DNA of 64,000 nucleotides. Source: Frankiaceae bacterium (GTDB lineage Bacteria > Actinomycetota > Actinomycetes > JAFAQI01). This document shows positions 17,763 through 32,263 of this stretch, one piece after another. Position 1 is the stretch's first letter. The number at the start of each line of letters is the position of its first letter. The stretch covers positions 162-64,161 of the forward strand of contig JAFAZI010000197.1 in assembly GCA_019239875.1 (NCBI GenBank), given 5' to 3'. The translations under genes and the position numbers were made by a program. The notes below the pieces were generated by a model. That model made no database searches and was not told the DNA's origin. It saw only the letters and a list, made by a program, of their open reading frames with translations.

Positions 17763-19409
17763 ATGCCCTCCACCTACACAGGGATCGGCGTCAGCAGCGG
17801 CGCCGCGGCCGGGCCGGTCGCGCGAGTGCACGGACCAGTGCTGCCGCAGCGCGACGGCGCGCCGGTCGACGTCGAGACGGAGTCCAACCGCGCTGCCGAT
17901 GCGCTCGACGCCGTCGGCGGTGAGCTCGAGGCGCTTGCGCAGCGCGCCGGCGCTTCCGGGTCGGTGCTGGTCCGGCAGGCCCGGATCTCGCGTGACCCGT
18001 CCCTCGCCTCGATCGTCGGTCAGCTGGTCAGCTCCGGCCGGCCCGCGCCTCGGGCGGCGTGGGAGGGTTTCGGCGCCTACCGCGACATGCGCGCCGCCGA
18101 CCCGATGCGCGCCGTCCCTGACCGCGTCGAGCTCGACGACATCCGGGACCGGGTGGTGGCGAAGCTGCTCGGCGAGCCGGCGCCTGGGATCCCGGATCCT
18201 GGTACGCCGTTCGTGCTCGTCGCGCGCGACCTGTCGCCGGCTGTCACGGCGGGGCTCGACCCGCAGCGCGTCCTTGCGATCGTCACCGAGCGCGGTGGGC
18301 CGACGAGTCACACCGCAGTGCTGGCCAAGGCGCTCGGCATCCCGGCGGTCGTGGCGTGCCCGGGCGCCGCATCACTGCGAAGCGGGCAGCAAGTGCTCGT
18401 CGACGGCGCTGCGGGCTCGGTCACGGCCGAACCCGATGCCGAGGCGCTCGGTGCGGTGAGCCGCCCCGGTGCATCGGCAGCCGGCGGGCCGAAGGGTCCC
18501 GGGCGCACGGCGGACGGTCGCCCCGTCACCCTGACGGCCGCGGTCGGATCGATGTCCGACGTGGCCGACGCGATCGAGGCGGGCGCCGAAGGGGTCGGCG
18601 TGTTCCGGACGGAGTTCGCGTTCCTCGACCGGTCGGAGCCGCCGTCGGTGGCCGAGCAGGCGGCCGCCTACCGCGAGGTGTTCGACGCCTTTCCCGGCCG
18701 GCAGGTGACGGTTCGCACGCTGGACATCGGCGCGGACAAACCGGCGTCCTTCGTCCGACTCGGCGACCAGCCGAACCCTGCACTCGGCGTGCGCGGCCTG
18801 CGCGTCGCTCGCCGGCATCCCGACCTGCTCGGCGACCAGCTGACCGCGATCGCGAGCGCCAGCCGCGGAACCAAGGCCGAGGTGCGCGTGATGGCGCCGA
18901 TGGTGGCGACCAGCGCGGAAGCGGCCTGGTTCGCCGCGCAGGCGCACCAGGCGGGTGTGAACACAACCGGCGTCATGGTGGAGGTGCCAGCGGCCGCCCT
19001 ACGTGCCGCGGACCTGCTCCGCGTGGTCGACTTCGTGTCGGTCGGCAGCAACGATCTCGCGCAGTACACGTTCGCGACCGACCGGGCCGACGGCGAGCTC
19101 TCCGACCTGCTCGACCCGTGGCAGCCCGCCTTCCTCGACCTTGTGGCGACCGTGCTGCGGGCGGGCGCCGTCGCGGGGCGCCCGGTCATGGTGTGCGGCG
19201 AGGCGCCGAGCGATCCGCTGTTGGCGCTGGTGCTCGTCGGCCTCGGTGCGGCCGGGTTGTCGATGACCCCGCGCGCCCTCGCCGACGTACGCATGACGTT
19301 GGCGCGCCACACCATCGACGACTGCATCAACGTCGCGGCGGCTGCTGTGTACGCCGACGGCCCGTCAGAGGCCCGGGCCCGAGTCCGCGAGGCCCTCGAC
19401 CACCCCTGA
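17763..19409 (+). CDS. ptsI: Phosphoenolpyruvate-protein phosphotransferase (PTS enzyme I)
   Basis: GGPTSHTAVLA phospho-His, GVFRTEF, RTLDIGADK, NPALGVRG, MVEVP, GSNDLAQY, VCGE. Confidence 0.88.
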   Translation: MPSTYTGIGVSSGAAAGPVARVHGPVLPQRDGAPVDVETESNRAADALDAVGGELEALAQRAGASGSVLVRQARISRDPSLASIVGQLVSSGRPAPRAAWEGFGAYRDMRAADPMRAVPDRVELDDIRDRVVAKLLGEPAPGIPDPGTPFVLVARDLSPAVTAGLDPQRVLAIVTERGGPTSHTAVLAKALGIPAVVACPGAASLRSGQQVLVDGAAGSVTAEPDAEALGAVSRPGASAAGGPKGPGRTADGRPVTLTAAVGSMSDVADAIEAGAEGVGVFRTEFAFLDRSEPPSVAEQAAAYREVFDAFPGRQVTVRTLDIGADKPASFVRLGDQPNPALGVRGLRVARRHPDLLGDQLTAIASASRGTKAEVRVMAPMVATSAEAAWFAAQAHQAGVNTTGVMVEVPAAALRAADLLRVVDFVSVGSNDLAQYTFATDRADGELSDLLDPWQPAFLDLVATVLRAGAVAGRPVMVCGEAPSDPLLALVLVGLGAAGLSMTPRALADVRMTLARHTIDDCINVAAAAVYADGPSEARARVREALDHP

Positions 19410-19420
19410 CCCGCCGCGGG

Positions 19421-20959
19421 TCAGCCGTCGAGCAGGCCGGGTGAGGTGTAGAGCAGACAACCGGCGACCCCGCGAGCGTTGGGCCGCCGGGCATCCGGGC
19501 GGTCGACGTTGGCGAACTCGGTCGCGAACTTGCGGTAGATCGGCGCCCGCCCCTGCTCCCGGATCGCGATCATCGACTCGTCGTTGCGGTGCAGGCCCTG
19601 CGCGTTCCAGTTCTCGCTGCCGGTCAACACGAGATTCTGGTTCTGCTTGCCGCCGATGGCGCCGCTCACCAGCAGGTACTTGGAGTGCACGAACAGGCAG
19701 CGCGGCACGACCGGGAAATCGGGGTTGTGGAACTCGGGCCGGATCCCCTGCCACATGCGGAAGGTCGGTCCTTGCAACGGCGCCAGCTGCCGAAAGGTCT
19801 CGACGTCGGTCTCGCTGTAGACCAGCTGCACGTCACAACCGACCCGAATCAGGCGCTGGAGCTGTCGGGTGATCTGTGGCCGGTCGTGGAACTGGTACAT
19901 CGCGATCTGGATCAGCGTCCGGCCGCGTGTCATGTGGCCCAGGGCGTGTCGGACCCGCCGGTAGGACGGCGTCGCGCCGGGATCGGTGCAGTTCGTGACC
20001 TCGCTGAGCAGGTTCGCCACGGTGTCTACCCGCGCGTCCTGATGCTTGGTGTCGGTCCGGCCCTTCTTCGGGAAGCCCTGGTTCGGCCCGCCCTTGATCT
20101 GGCCGTGGAATGAGGGGTCGTTGCGGGGGAAGAAGTAGCTGCTGACCCGGGCCGTGCCGACCCGATGGGAGCGCGTGGTGCCCATCGCACCCCCGAGATT
20201 CGGGTGGCGACGGCTCGTGAGAAGCGTCTTGAAGTACCGGTGGTAGCGCGCGAAGGCCGACGTGCCGCCGACGAGCTGCACTGCATTGTTGTAGGTGTTG
20301 TTCTCCGCCTCCGGCGTGAGGTTCTGTGACGTCACGATCATCGCCGGCTTGCGGTGGCGTCCGGTCTGCGAGACGAGCAGCACCTTCGAGTGCATGATGT
20401 TGTCGCCCGCGCAGGCCGTGTCCTTGGAGTGGTGGGTGCAGACCACGAGCTGTGACGGTCGCTTCAGCCCGCTGGCGGGCGCACGGAGCATGGTGTACGC
20501 CGGATTGGGCGCGGGATAGCTCGACCGTGGAACGCCGCCGTCGAAGACCACGCGCACCCGAGCATGTGCGGTGTTCTGGGCCCAGATCAGCGCCTTCACG
20601 AGGCGGCCGATCGCGCCGTCGTCACGGATGCCGTCCGAGCCAGGCGCACTGTCGAACAGGTACATCGCGAGCTCGATCGTCGGATGGTGCTTCGCGTCGG
20701 CCTTCACCTGGGTGACGCTGCAGATGAGGGACGTCATCGCATGCGTGATCCGGTCCTGGTCGGCTCGCGACTTGCCCAGCGGATTGGTGAAGTACGCGCT
20801 GGATCTCGGGTGGGCCTGGATCAGGCCACCGCACGGCCCGGACGGCACCGCCGTGGCGGGGGTCGGCGCGACGACGGTGCCGCTGACCAGTCCGGAGGTC
20901 ATCAGCGCTGCCGATGCCAGCGCGGCATGGCGCAACACGCGGCGTGCGCGGCGTCGCAT
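19421..20959 (-). CDS. Secreted phospholipase D-superfamily protein (two HxK motifs)
   Basis: Signal peptide, MHSKVLLVS...TSQN and VHSKYLLVS...TGSENW...NDE. Confidence 0.8.
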   Translation of the reverse strand: MRRRARRVLRHAALASAALMTSGLVSGTVVAPTPATAVPSGPCGGLIQAHPRSSAYFTNPLGKSRADQDRITHAMTSLICSVTQVKADAKHHPTIELAMYLFDSAPGSDGIRDDGAIGRLVKALIWAQNTAHARVRVVFDGGVPRSSYPAPNPAYTMLRAPASGLKRPSQLVVCTHHSKDTACAGDNIMHSKVLLVSQTGRHRKPAMIVTSQNLTPEAENNTYNNAVQLVGGTSAFARYHRYFKTLLTSRRHPNLGGAMGTTRSHRVGTARVSSYFFPRNDPSFHGQIKGGPNQGFPKKGRTDTKHQDARVDTVANLLSEVTNCTDPGATPSYRRVRHALGHMTRGRTLIQIAMYQFHDRPQITRQLQRLIRVGCDVQLVYSETDVETFRQLAPLQGPTFRMWQGIRPEFHNPDFPVVPRCLFVHSKYLLVSGAIGGKQNQNLVLTGSENWNAQGLHRNDESMIAIREQGRAPIYRKFATEFANVDRPDARRPNARGVAGCLLYTSPGLLDG

Positions 20960-21104
20960 GGTCCCCCCGTGGCTGGGTCGGCGGTCGGTGGTGAATGGTT
21001 CGACGCGTGCGTCGCCCACCCCTGTCATGTCGTCATTCGAACAACGATGATGAACCGGTTTGGTTGCGCGATTTGGCGCAACCCTGAATTGTTACTGTCG
21101 CCCG

Positions 21105-24102
<2,998 letters not shown>

Positions 24103-24288
24103 GCTGTCAATCTACAACATTTGCTTCGGACAACCAAACCATTTTGCTGGCCTAACAGTTATGACGTTTGTCACAATCCGATCCGCTCAAGTCCTCAAGA
24201 ATCTGCGCGTTGTGGCCGTACTGAGCACAGAAGTGCTTTACCGTTGGGCACTTCCTGCCCCCTTCCCCAGGCCGGAGTAAGGCACCGA

Positions 24289-25929
24289 ATGCACCACCGC
24301 TCATCGATGTTCCGTGGTCTGACGGCCGTTGCCGTCAGCCTCGCGATCGCCGCACCGATCGGTCTGTCCAGCCTCCCCGCGCACTCGGCGGCGAAGGTGA
24401 TCGACGGGCCCGACGTCGCGTCGTACCAGCATCCGAGCCCGAGCCACCGCTATCCGTACGGGCAGCCGATCCGCTGGAACCAGGTCCGCAAGGCGGGCAA
24501 GGAGTTCGCGATCGTCAAGGCCACCGAAGGCCTGACCTACACGAACCCGAACTTTGCCGGGCCGCACTTCAACGACTACGCGGACGCCGCCGCGGCGGGC
24601 CTGGTCCACGGCGCGTATCACTTCGCCCGACCTGCTTTCCCGATCGTCGCCTCCGCGCGGTCGCAGGCGCGCTACTTCGCACGGGTCGTCGGGCCGGTCA
24701 CCACCAAGTCGACCCTCCCACCGGCACTCGACCTCGAGGTCGACGGCGGCCTGAACCCGCCCCAGCTCGTGACGTGGGCACAGGCGTTCTTGCTGCAGCT
24801 GCGCAAGATGACCAACCGCACGCCGATGCTCTACACCTATCCGAGCTTCTGGACGACGAACCTCGCGGACCCGAAGGCGTTCGCCCGCTACCCGCTGTGG
24901 ATGGCGGAGTACGGCGTCTCGCACGCGCCGGTCGCCGACCTGTGGCAGTACACGTCCACCGCTCAGGTGAAGGGCATCGTGGGCGATGTCGATGTGTCCA
25001 AGTACGTCGGCACGTCGTCGACCGCCCTGCCGTGGAAGACCCTCGCCAACGGCACGATCTCGACACCATGGAAGGCAACCGCCCCCGGCCCGCCGCAGCA
25101 CGCCGCGGCGACCATCGACGGCACCACGGCAACGATCACCTGGATCCCAGGCGACGCCGGCACCCAGCGCGTGACGAAGTACGTCGTGACCGCGAACCCC
25201 GGCGGCGCGACGACGACGGTGAGCGGGTCGACGTTCCTCGCCTCGGTCAACGACCTCACCACCGGTACGCCGTACACCTTCACCGTGACCGCCGTGAACA
25301 AGGTCGGCCCTGGCAAGCCATCGGCGTCGACCAACACGGTGATCCCGACGGTTCCGACCGAGCTCTCGGCCGCGGTCAACGACTCCTCGAAGTTCGGTGA
25401 GCCGTTGCCGCTGCGTGCCCGGTTGCGGCGAAGTGACACGAAGGCTGCGTTGGCCAAACAACCGGTGCTGATCTTCCGGCGCCACGCCGGCGGGCGATGG
25501 AAGCGAATCGAGAAGCTCAGCACCAATCGGAAGGGGCGGGTGCACACCGTCCTGCATCCGAAGAGCTCCGCCCAGCTCGAGGCGGTCTTTCCGGGCGCGA
25601 CCGGAGTCGCCCGTGCCGCGACGTTCGAGCGGTACACGGTGACGCCGAACGTCAGCGCGCGGCTCTCGGCGCCTGCGGTCCACCATGGTCGTCAGGTGAC
25701 CCTCGATGGCGCGGTCAAGCCATTCGTCGTCGGACAGCAGGTGGCACGACAGCGAAAGATCGACGGCAAGTGGGTCACCCGCGGCCGGACCACCGTGGAC
25801 AACCGCGGCCACTACCTGTTCCTGATCCGGCCGAACTTCGTCGGTGACTACGTCTTCCGCGTCGTTGCGGCCGCGACGGCTCGCCGCGGCCAAGGCTTCT
25901 CGACCAAGGTCCAGCTCACCGCCACCTGA
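24289..25929 (+). CDS. Secreted GH25 muramidase with a fibronectin type III domain and C-terminal Ig-like domains
   Basis: Signal peptide, DVASYQ, KATEG, GAYHFA, LDLE, WQYT. FN3 motif GTPYTFTVTAVN. Confidence 0.88.
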   Translation: MHHRSSMFRGLTAVAVSLAIAAPIGLSSLPAHSAAKVIDGPDVASYQHPSPSHRYPYGQPIRWNQVRKAGKEFAIVKATEGLTYTNPNFAGPHFNDYADAAAAGLVHGAYHFARPAFPIVASARSQARYFARVVGPVTTKSTLPPALDLEVDGGLNPPQLVTWAQAFLLQLRKMTNRTPMLYTYPSFWTTNLADPKAFARYPLWMAEYGVSHAPVADLWQYTSTAQVKGIVGDVDVSKYVGTSSTALPWKTLANGTISTPWKATAPGPPQHAAATIDGTTATITWIPGDAGTQRVTKYVVTANPGGATTTVSGSTFLASVNDLTTGTPYTFTVTAVNKVGPGKPSASTNTVIPTVPTELSAAVNDSSKFGEPLPLRARLRRSDTKAALAKQPVLIFRRHAGGRWKRIEKLSTNRKGRVHTVLHPKSSAQLEAVFPGATGVARAATFERYTVTPNVSARLSAPAVHHGRQVTLDGAVKPFVVGQQVARQRKIDGKWVTRGRTTVDNRGHYLFLIRPNFVGDYVFRVVAAATARRGQGFSTKVQLTAT

Positions 25930-25948
25930 CCCGGCTCAGGCCCGAAAT

Positions 25949-26051
25949 CTCCCCGTTTCTGAACACAACGGCGCGCGGACGATGTTGTCGGAGCGCGAGA
26001 GAAGCGTGCGCGATCGCTGACGCGCGCTCGTTGTGTTCAGAAACGGGCGAG
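25949..26051. repeat. Long intergenic inverted repeat (family D)
   Basis: Perfect 19-bp arms CCCGTTTCTGAACACAACG (25952-25970) / CGTTGTGTTCAGAAACGGG (26029-26047), extended inward by GCGCGCG/CGCGCGC. Confidence 0.85.
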
Positions 26052-26128
26052 GGTCGACGGGGGCTCGACCGCAATCACGTGGCGATGTTTTGATGGCCGC
26101 GTCTGATTCGGCGAACGCGGGAGACCAC

Positions 26129-27772
<1,644 letters not shown>

Positions 27773-27794
27773 CGTCGGTTCGGTCACGACCCCG

Positions 27795-29030
27795 CTAGCC
27801 GAGCTGCAGCGGCAGCGGGGCAGGACGACCGAGGTGGTAGCCCTGACCCCACGCGACGCCGAGCTCACGGAGTACGACGAGTTCGTCCTCGGTCTCGATC
27901 CCCTCAGCGATGATCGTGGCGCCCGTCTCGGCCGCGAACTGGACGAGGCTGGTGACGAGCGCCCGTTTCGCAGGATCCGTGTCGATCGCGGTGATGAGCG
28001 CGATGTCGAGCTTGATGATGTCCGGTGCCATCCGCAGGATGTGCTCGAGTCCGGCGTAGCCCGTCCCGGCGTCGTCGACCGCTATCCGGCCACCGCGCTC
28101 GATGAAGTCCGCGAGGTTGCTGCGCAGCTCGCAGTAGTCCTCGACCTTCGTGTGCTCGGTGATCTCGAGGACGATCCGGTCGGCCGGCAGCCGGCGCAGG
28201 TACGACGCGAACTCCATCGTGCAGGCCGTGCTCGCGGAGAGGTTCAGCGACACGAACGCGCCCGCCGGCAGCTCGTCGAGGTTCGACAGCGCGAGGGCGA
28301 CCGCGGCGAGCTCGAGCAGCTCGAGGCGGTCGACGAGCGCTGCCTCCGCAAACCACTCGTTGGGTGGTCGCGTCACCGGGCCGGCGAAACGCGCCAGCGC
28401 CTCCGCGCCGACGATCGACCGTGTCGCGAGGTCGACGACGGGCTGGTACGCGATCGACATTGTGCCGGGCACGAGAGCGGCATCGATCCGCTCCGCCCGT
28501 TCCGCCGCGAGGATGGCTGCCTCGTGCTCGATCGCGTGCTGCAGCTCGAGTTCGGCGACGAGCGTGTCAGTGTGCTCGCGGAGCCGCTGGTACAGCGCCC
28601 GGGTCTCCAGCAGGTTGCGGACGCGAAGCACGACGTCCACGGCGTCGACCGGCTTGGTGAGGAAGTCCTTCGCGCCGTCGGCGAGCGCGTTGCGGCGGGT
28701 GTTGTCACTGATGTCGGCGGTCAGCACGAGCACCGGGACGAATTCCTCCGGGTCGAGCGCCGAGTTGAGGCAGGCCAGGAACGTCAGGCCGTCCAGCCCC
28801 GGCATGTGCAGGTCGAGGATGACGAGGTCCGGCGGCTCGGTCGAGCACTCCGCCAGAGCCAGGACCGGATCCGTGTAGCCCACGACCTCGCCGACGCCCG
28901 CGTGACGCAGCATCCGGTCGACGACGTCCACGTTGGCGGCGACGTCGTCGACGACCACGACGCGAGCGTCCCGGAGCACGTCCGTCGGGTCGTCGGCCAG
29001 GACTGGCCGGGCGATGTTGGACCGGATCAT
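27795..29030 (-). CDS. Response regulator with EAL phosphodiesterase domain (REC-EAL)
   Basis: VVVDD, ILDLHMP, DFLTKP; EAL, DDAGTGY, IAEGIE, QGY. Confidence 0.9.
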   Translation of the reverse strand: MIRSNIARPVLADDPTDVLRDARVVVVDDVAANVDVVDRMLRHAGVGEVVGYTDPVLALAECSTEPPDLVILDLHMPGLDGLTFLACLNSALDPEEFVPVLVLTADISDNTRRNALADGAKDFLTKPVDAVDVVLRVRNLLETRALYQRLREHTDTLVAELELQHAIEHEAAILAAERAERIDAALVPGTMSIAYQPVVDLATRSIVGAEALARFAGPVTRPPNEWFAEAALVDRLELLELAAVALALSNLDELPAGAFVSLNLSASTACTMEFASYLRRLPADRIVLEITEHTKVEDYCELRSNLADFIERGGRIAVDDAGTGYAGLEHILRMAPDIIKLDIALITAIDTDPAKRALVTSLVQFAAETGATIIAEGIETEDELVVLRELGVAWGQGYHLGRPAPLPLQLG

Positions 29031-31441
29031 CGAGACACTCCTGTGGCCTGGACGATGTCGAGCAGCTGCCGGACATCGATCGGTTTGGTGAGGTATTCAC
29101 TCGCACCTTCGGCTTTCAGGCGCTCGAGCGTCGACGGTGTGGCGTCGGCACTGATGACGACCACGGAGATACCGGCCGTCGCGGGGTTGCCCTGCAGGCT
29201 GGCGAGTACGGCGTCACCGGGAGCGTCCGGCAGGTGCAGGTCGAGCAGGATCAGGTCCGGCTGATGCTGACGAGCGAGCGCGATGCCTTCGGCGGCGGTC
29301 GTCGCGGTGAGCAGCCGAACCCCGAAGGCACGACCGAGGACCCGCTCCACGAGGCGGAAGTTCGCCGGGTTGTCCTCGATCTGCAAGACGGTGCGCTGGA
29401 ATGACTCGTCGGCTCGCTCGGCCGGCATCCCTGGGATCGCGGCGATCACGTCGCCCTCGACCTCCGTCGGCTCCGCCGCCGGCAGCTCGATCCAGAAGGT
29501 GCTGCCTTGCCCCACCTCGCTGTCGACGTCGATCACCCCGCCCATCGCGTCCATCAGGTGCCGCGACAGGGTCAGCCCGATGCCGGTGCCCTCGACCTCG
29601 CCAGCGTGCTTCTCCAGCCGCTGGAACGGCGCGAAGACCTGATCGCGCTCGTCGTCGTCGAAACCGAGGCCGGTGTCGGACACGAAGATCCGCGCGACGC
29701 CATCGGCTTCCTGGCGACTCGAGACGGTGACCGAGCCGTTCGGCCGGTTGTATTTCACGGCGTTCGTGAGGAGGTTCAGCAGCACCTGCTGCAACCGTTG
29801 CCGGTCGGCCATCACGGTCCGCACCTGGCCGTCGTCGGTGACGAACAGGCTGACCCCCCGTTCGTCCGCCGCTGGCCGCACCATGTTGACGGCGATGTCG
29901 AGCACCTCCGCGACGTCGACCGGCTCGACGGACATCGACAGCCGGCCGGACTCGATGCGCGAGATGTCGAGCACCTCGTTGATGAGGGCGAGCAGATGCC
30001 GGCCGCTGGACATGATCTGCTGGACCGGCTGGCTCTGCTCCTGCTGCAGGCCTTCGATCTCGAGGATCTGCGCGTAGCCGAGGATGGCGTTCAGCGGCGT
30101 ACGAAGCTCGTGGCTCATCCGCGACAGGAACTCGCTCTTGGAGCGGTTCGCCGCGTCCGCTGCGGCCTGCGCGGCTTCCCTTACCTCGGCGGCGTGGTGC
30201 CGATCGTCGATGTCGAGTGCGTAGACGAACACCGAGCCGTCGGGCACCTGTGCGCTTCTTGCCGGGACAATGACCGCCTCGACCCAGCGGGACTCGCCCG
30301 CGCCCATCCGCAGCCGGAACTCCATCGTCGTGGCCACGCCCTCCGGCTCCGATGCGGCGAAGCGGAGCGCGTCGCGCACACCCGTGGCGTCGACGGGATC
30401 GACATGACGCGCGACGAAGTCTGCCTCGACGGTGTCGGCTTCGGAGATACCGAACCGTTGCTCGATGTTCGGGCTCACGTACGACGCGGTCCCGTCCGCG
30501 GAGTCGAGCACCATCATCACGAGCGGGCCGGTCGACACGAGCCGGTTGATGAACAGCCGCGCTTCGCCGAGCTCCTGGTTGGCGCTCGCGAGTGACTCGG
30601 TGCGCTGGTCGGCCAGATCCTCGGCGTATCGGCGGCGGCGGGTGAGCGTCTCGATCACGATCGTGAGCAACGTTGCGAGCGCCAGCCCGGCGCCGAGCAC
30701 GAGCCACGGGAGCGCGGCGGTCCACCAGCCGACGAGGTCGCCGCGGGCGGTGAGGTACATGCTCCACTCGTTGTCGCCGACGAGGAACGCCGTGCGGCTG
30801 CTCGGGTTGCCGACGATCGGCAGGTTGGCGTCGTTGGTGAACACCAGCGACGACGGGCGGTCGGTCGGTGCGGCGTACAGCGCGCCGCGCAGGTCGCTGA
30901 ACGGCGACGCGACGGTCGAGACCGGGGTGGGGTCGATGGCGGACTCGACGAAGACGACCCGCCCGGCGATCGGTACGGCGATGCCCATCACGGGTCCGGA
31001 CCGTGTGGGAACGACCATCGATGCGCCGGTCAACGAGTGCGCGCCAGCGTCCGCGAGGGTGAGATGCGCCTTGCCGGTCAGGATCGACCCGACCTGCTGC
31101 CCACCGCCGACGACGCCTTCGATGCGGTAACCGCGAGCGGTCGGGCGGACCACTGCGACGAAGGCCTGTTCGCCCGCGAGGAATGGCTTGGCGCCAGCAG
31201 TCAGGGTCTGCTGAGCGTCGCCGGGGTCGGCGGCCGCCACTGCGCCGAGCTCCTTCAGTGAGGCGAGCTGCTCCTGGAACGTGGCCTCGATCAGATAGGT
31301 GACCGCGGCGGCTCGCTCGTCGAGGATCCGGGTGCGCTCGCTCGCGACCGACGTACGCATCGCCACGCAGCCGAGGATTGAGAGGCCGGCGATCAGCGCC
31401 GCCGTGCCGATCGACAGCGGGCGAAGTATTCGACTGAGCAT
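29027..31441 (-). CDS. Hybrid membrane sensor histidine kinase (extracytoplasmic sensor, PAS, HisKA, HATPase, REC)
   Basis: Two TM helices, FLSRMSHELRTPLN, NLLTNAVKY, DTGLG, GTGIGL, and a C-terminal REC. Overlaps the REC-EAL start. Confidence 0.9.
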   Translation of the reverse strand: MLSRILRPLSIGTAALIAGLSILGCVAMRTSVASERTRILDERAAAVTYLIEATFQEQLASLKELGAVAAADPGDAQQTLTAGAKPFLAGEQAFVAVVRPTARGYRIEGVVGGGQQVGSILTGKAHLTLADAGAHSLTGASMVVPTRSGPVMGIAVPIAGRVVFVESAIDPTPVSTVASPFSDLRGALYAAPTDRPSSLVFTNDANLPIVGNPSSRTAFLVGDNEWSMYLTARGDLVGWWTAALPWLVLGAGLALATLLTIVIETLTRRRRYAEDLADQRTESLASANQELGEARLFINRLVSTGPLVMMVLDSADGTASYVSPNIEQRFGISEADTVEADFVARHVDPVDATGVRDALRFAASEPEGVATTMEFRLRMGAGESRWVEAVIVPARSAQVPDGSVFVYALDIDDRHHAAEVREAAQAAADAANRSKSEFLSRMSHELRTPLNAILGYAQILEIEGLQQEQSQPVQQIMSSGRHLLALINEVLDISRIESGRLSMSVEPVDVAEVLDIAVNMVRPAADERGVSLFVTDDGQVRTVMADRQRLQQVLLNLLTNAVKYNRPNGSVTVSSRQEADGVARIFVSDTGLGFDDDERDQVFAPFQRLEKHAGEVEGTGIGLTLSRHLMDAMGGVIDVDSEVGQGSTFWIELPAAEPTEVEGDVIAAIPGMPAERADESFQRTVLQIEDNPANFRLVERVLGRAFGVRLLTATTAAEGIALARQHQPDLILLDLHLPDAPGDAVLASLQGNPATAGISVVVISADATPSTLERLKAEGASEYLTKPIDVRQLLDIVQATGVSR

Positions 31442-31631
31442 CTCGAGCCTCCTGGTCAGTGCGATCGCGACTGAGCAGGGCGGCTCTGGTCGGGAGCTAC
31501 GCGGCTTGTGCCGTACCGAAATTGTCCGGTTTGGACCCATGCGTCGTGAATGGCTAGTCGGAGTGGTTTTGCCCCTACTCGCGATGACGGGGCCGAATGC
31601 CGTAGTGACGAGGCCGATCGGGTGACCCCAA

Positions 31632-31697
31632 TCGCCCAACCGTCTCGAATCGTTGGTTTGAGGCAACTGAAACCAACGATTCGAGACGGTTGGACGA
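31632..31697. repeat. 66-bp REP-like palindrome, family A copy 2
   Basis: TCGCCCAACCGTCTCGAATCGTTGGTT-N12-AACCAACGATTCGAGACGGTTGGACGA. Confidence 0.9.
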
Positions 31698-31706
31698 AAG
31701 GCTGGG

Positions 31707-31732
31707 CAACCTTTTGCCCGGGATGGCGGTCT
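31707..31732 (+). promoter_or_regulatory. Putative ECF (SigE-type) autoregulatory promoter
   Basis: CAACC-N16-GGTCT upstream of the ECF sigma gene, resembling the AAC...TC promoters of actinobacterial SigE-type factors. Confidence 0.35.
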
Positions 31733-31768
31733 GATGTGTGATCGGTACGGCGAGACCTGGGGGTCGAC

Positions 31769-32263
31769 GTGGACTCACGACTTGCGGAGTACGTCCGCGG
31801 TCAGTGGCCCGCCCTCGTGCGGTACGCGACGCTGCTCTGCGGCGACCCGAGCGAGGCGGAGGAGATCGTTCAGTCCACGTTGACCCGCGTCGCCGTCCGC
31901 TGGCGCTTCATCGACGGCAAGGACAACCCGGACGGTTACGTCCGGCGCGCACTGGTCCGCGCATGCATCGACAGCGGCAAGCGCCGACGGCGGGAGCCGG
32001 CGACAGCGATCCTGCCGGACGTCGGCACCGCCGACCAGAGCACTCGCATCGCCGACGTGGACCAAGTGCGCCGCGCGCTCGCGACGCTGCCGCCGCGGCA
32101 GCGCGCCGTGCTCGTCCTCCGCTACCTCGACGACGCGAGCGAGGCCAGGACGGCCGAGGTGCTCGGGTGCTCAGTCGGCACGGTGAAGAGCCAGACGGCC
32201 AAGGGGCTCGCCAAGCTCCGTGACCTCGTTGCCCTCGACGAGATCGGACAGGGATCCACATGA
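31769..32263 (+). CDS. SigE-family ECF RNA polymerase sigma factor
   Basis: LVRYATLLCGD..AEEIVQ; region 4 LPPRQRAVLVLRY...GCSVGTVKSQ. Confidence 0.9.
   Translation: MDSRLAEYVRGQWPALVRYATLLCGDPSEAEEIVQSTLTRVAVRWRFIDGKDNPDGYVRRALVRACIDSGKRRRREPATAILPDVGTADQSTRIADVDQVRRALATLPPRQRAVLVLRYLDDASEARTAEVLGCSVGTVKSQTAKGLAKLRDLVALDEIGQGST

Noticed and set aside
31442-31666. N-terminal extension of the hybrid kinase
   Set aside because: It reads through the intergenic region and a palindrome; the first TM helix follows ATG 31441.
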